Origin: Antechinus flavipes
Lineage: Eukaryota
DNA: 64,000 nucleotides
Direction of reading: 5' to 3'
Assembly (NCBI RefSeq): GCF_016432865.1
Contig: NC_067401.1
Location: forward strand, 450,802,001 to 450,866,000
Under the pieces are notes generated by a model. It worked only from the letters and a program-made list of their open reading frames with translations, searched no databases and was not told the origin of the DNA. How positions within the stretch are numbered: position 1 is the stretch's first letter; every line of letters starts with the position of its first letter. The position numbers were made by a program, and so were the translations under genes. This document shows, one piece after another, positions 63,470 to 64,000 of the stretch.

Positions 63470-63990
63470 TTAATGTCAAGGGAACCACCATCCTCCCAGT
63501 CATGTGGTTTTGAAACTTTGGTTTAATCCTTAATTCCTTACTTTCCCTCATCCATTCAATCAGTTGACAAATTTTGCCATTTCTTTCTCTATGTCTCTAA
63601 GATATGTGCTTCTGCATGGTCATATAGCCATTCCTTAGTTCAGGACCTTATCAATTCTCCAGTCCATGAAATTAGCTTTTAATTGTTGTTTCTATCTACC
63701 TCAACAGGTAGCTATCCTTTACTAACTGTCAAAGTGATTTCCCTAAAGTGCCTTTCACCACCATCCCCTAATCGATATACTTCATTGGTTTCCTATTTCT
63801 TCTAGGACCAAATGCAATTTTTTTCCATTTTCTTTGAAAGCTTACGACCTTTTTCTCTTCTTATCTTTACAGTATTTTTCCATTTTCTTGCTCTTTATGG
63901 ACTCAGCTACACACAATACTCACATCTCTTAGCTCTGTGCTTTTGTTCTGTTTTCCCCGGCTGGGTTGCTCTCCCTTTTTACCTGTGCTT
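63470..63990 (+). mobile_element. L2 fragment
   Basis: 'ggaaccaccatcctcccagtc', 'aaagtgatttccctaaagtg' and 'ctcagctacacacaatactc' are L2 ORF2/3' sequence. Confidence 0.75.
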
Positions 63991-64000
63991 CTTATGATAT

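Overview
AT-rich, CpG-poor mammalian non-coding DNA, most likely from a marsupial, probably a dasyurid. The inference rests on Mar1/Mar3-type CORE-SINEs, RTE-tailed SINEs, marsupial-type L1 ORF1/UTRs, a marsupial Tigger1 derivative and an OC1-like hAT MITE. I found no host protein-coding gene, RNA gene or CRISPR array. Most listed ORFs are L1/L2 remnants, microsatellite artefacts or chance frames. Much of the window is transposon-derived: several L1 age classes, L2, CR1/L3, MIR/Mar SINEs, three ERV solo LTRs and two DNA-transposon superfamilies, often nested with readable target-site duplications (TSDs). The most notable items are: (1) L1 derivatives with large internal deletions that keep both the 5' promoter end and the 3' tail; (2) an OC1-like hAT MITE of a family known for horizontal transfer, nested in a solo LTR inside an L1; (3) very old reverse-transcriptase relics of clades unusual in mammals (fish/Tx1-type L1, an RTE-clade LINE, possibly Penelope); (4) a CpG-rich unique block near 17.4-18.1 kb that looks regulatory. 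Family names come from recalled consensus sequences, not database searches. Boundaries without TSD or TIR support are approximate (about +/-30 bp). I cannot claim a new biological system from sequence alone.
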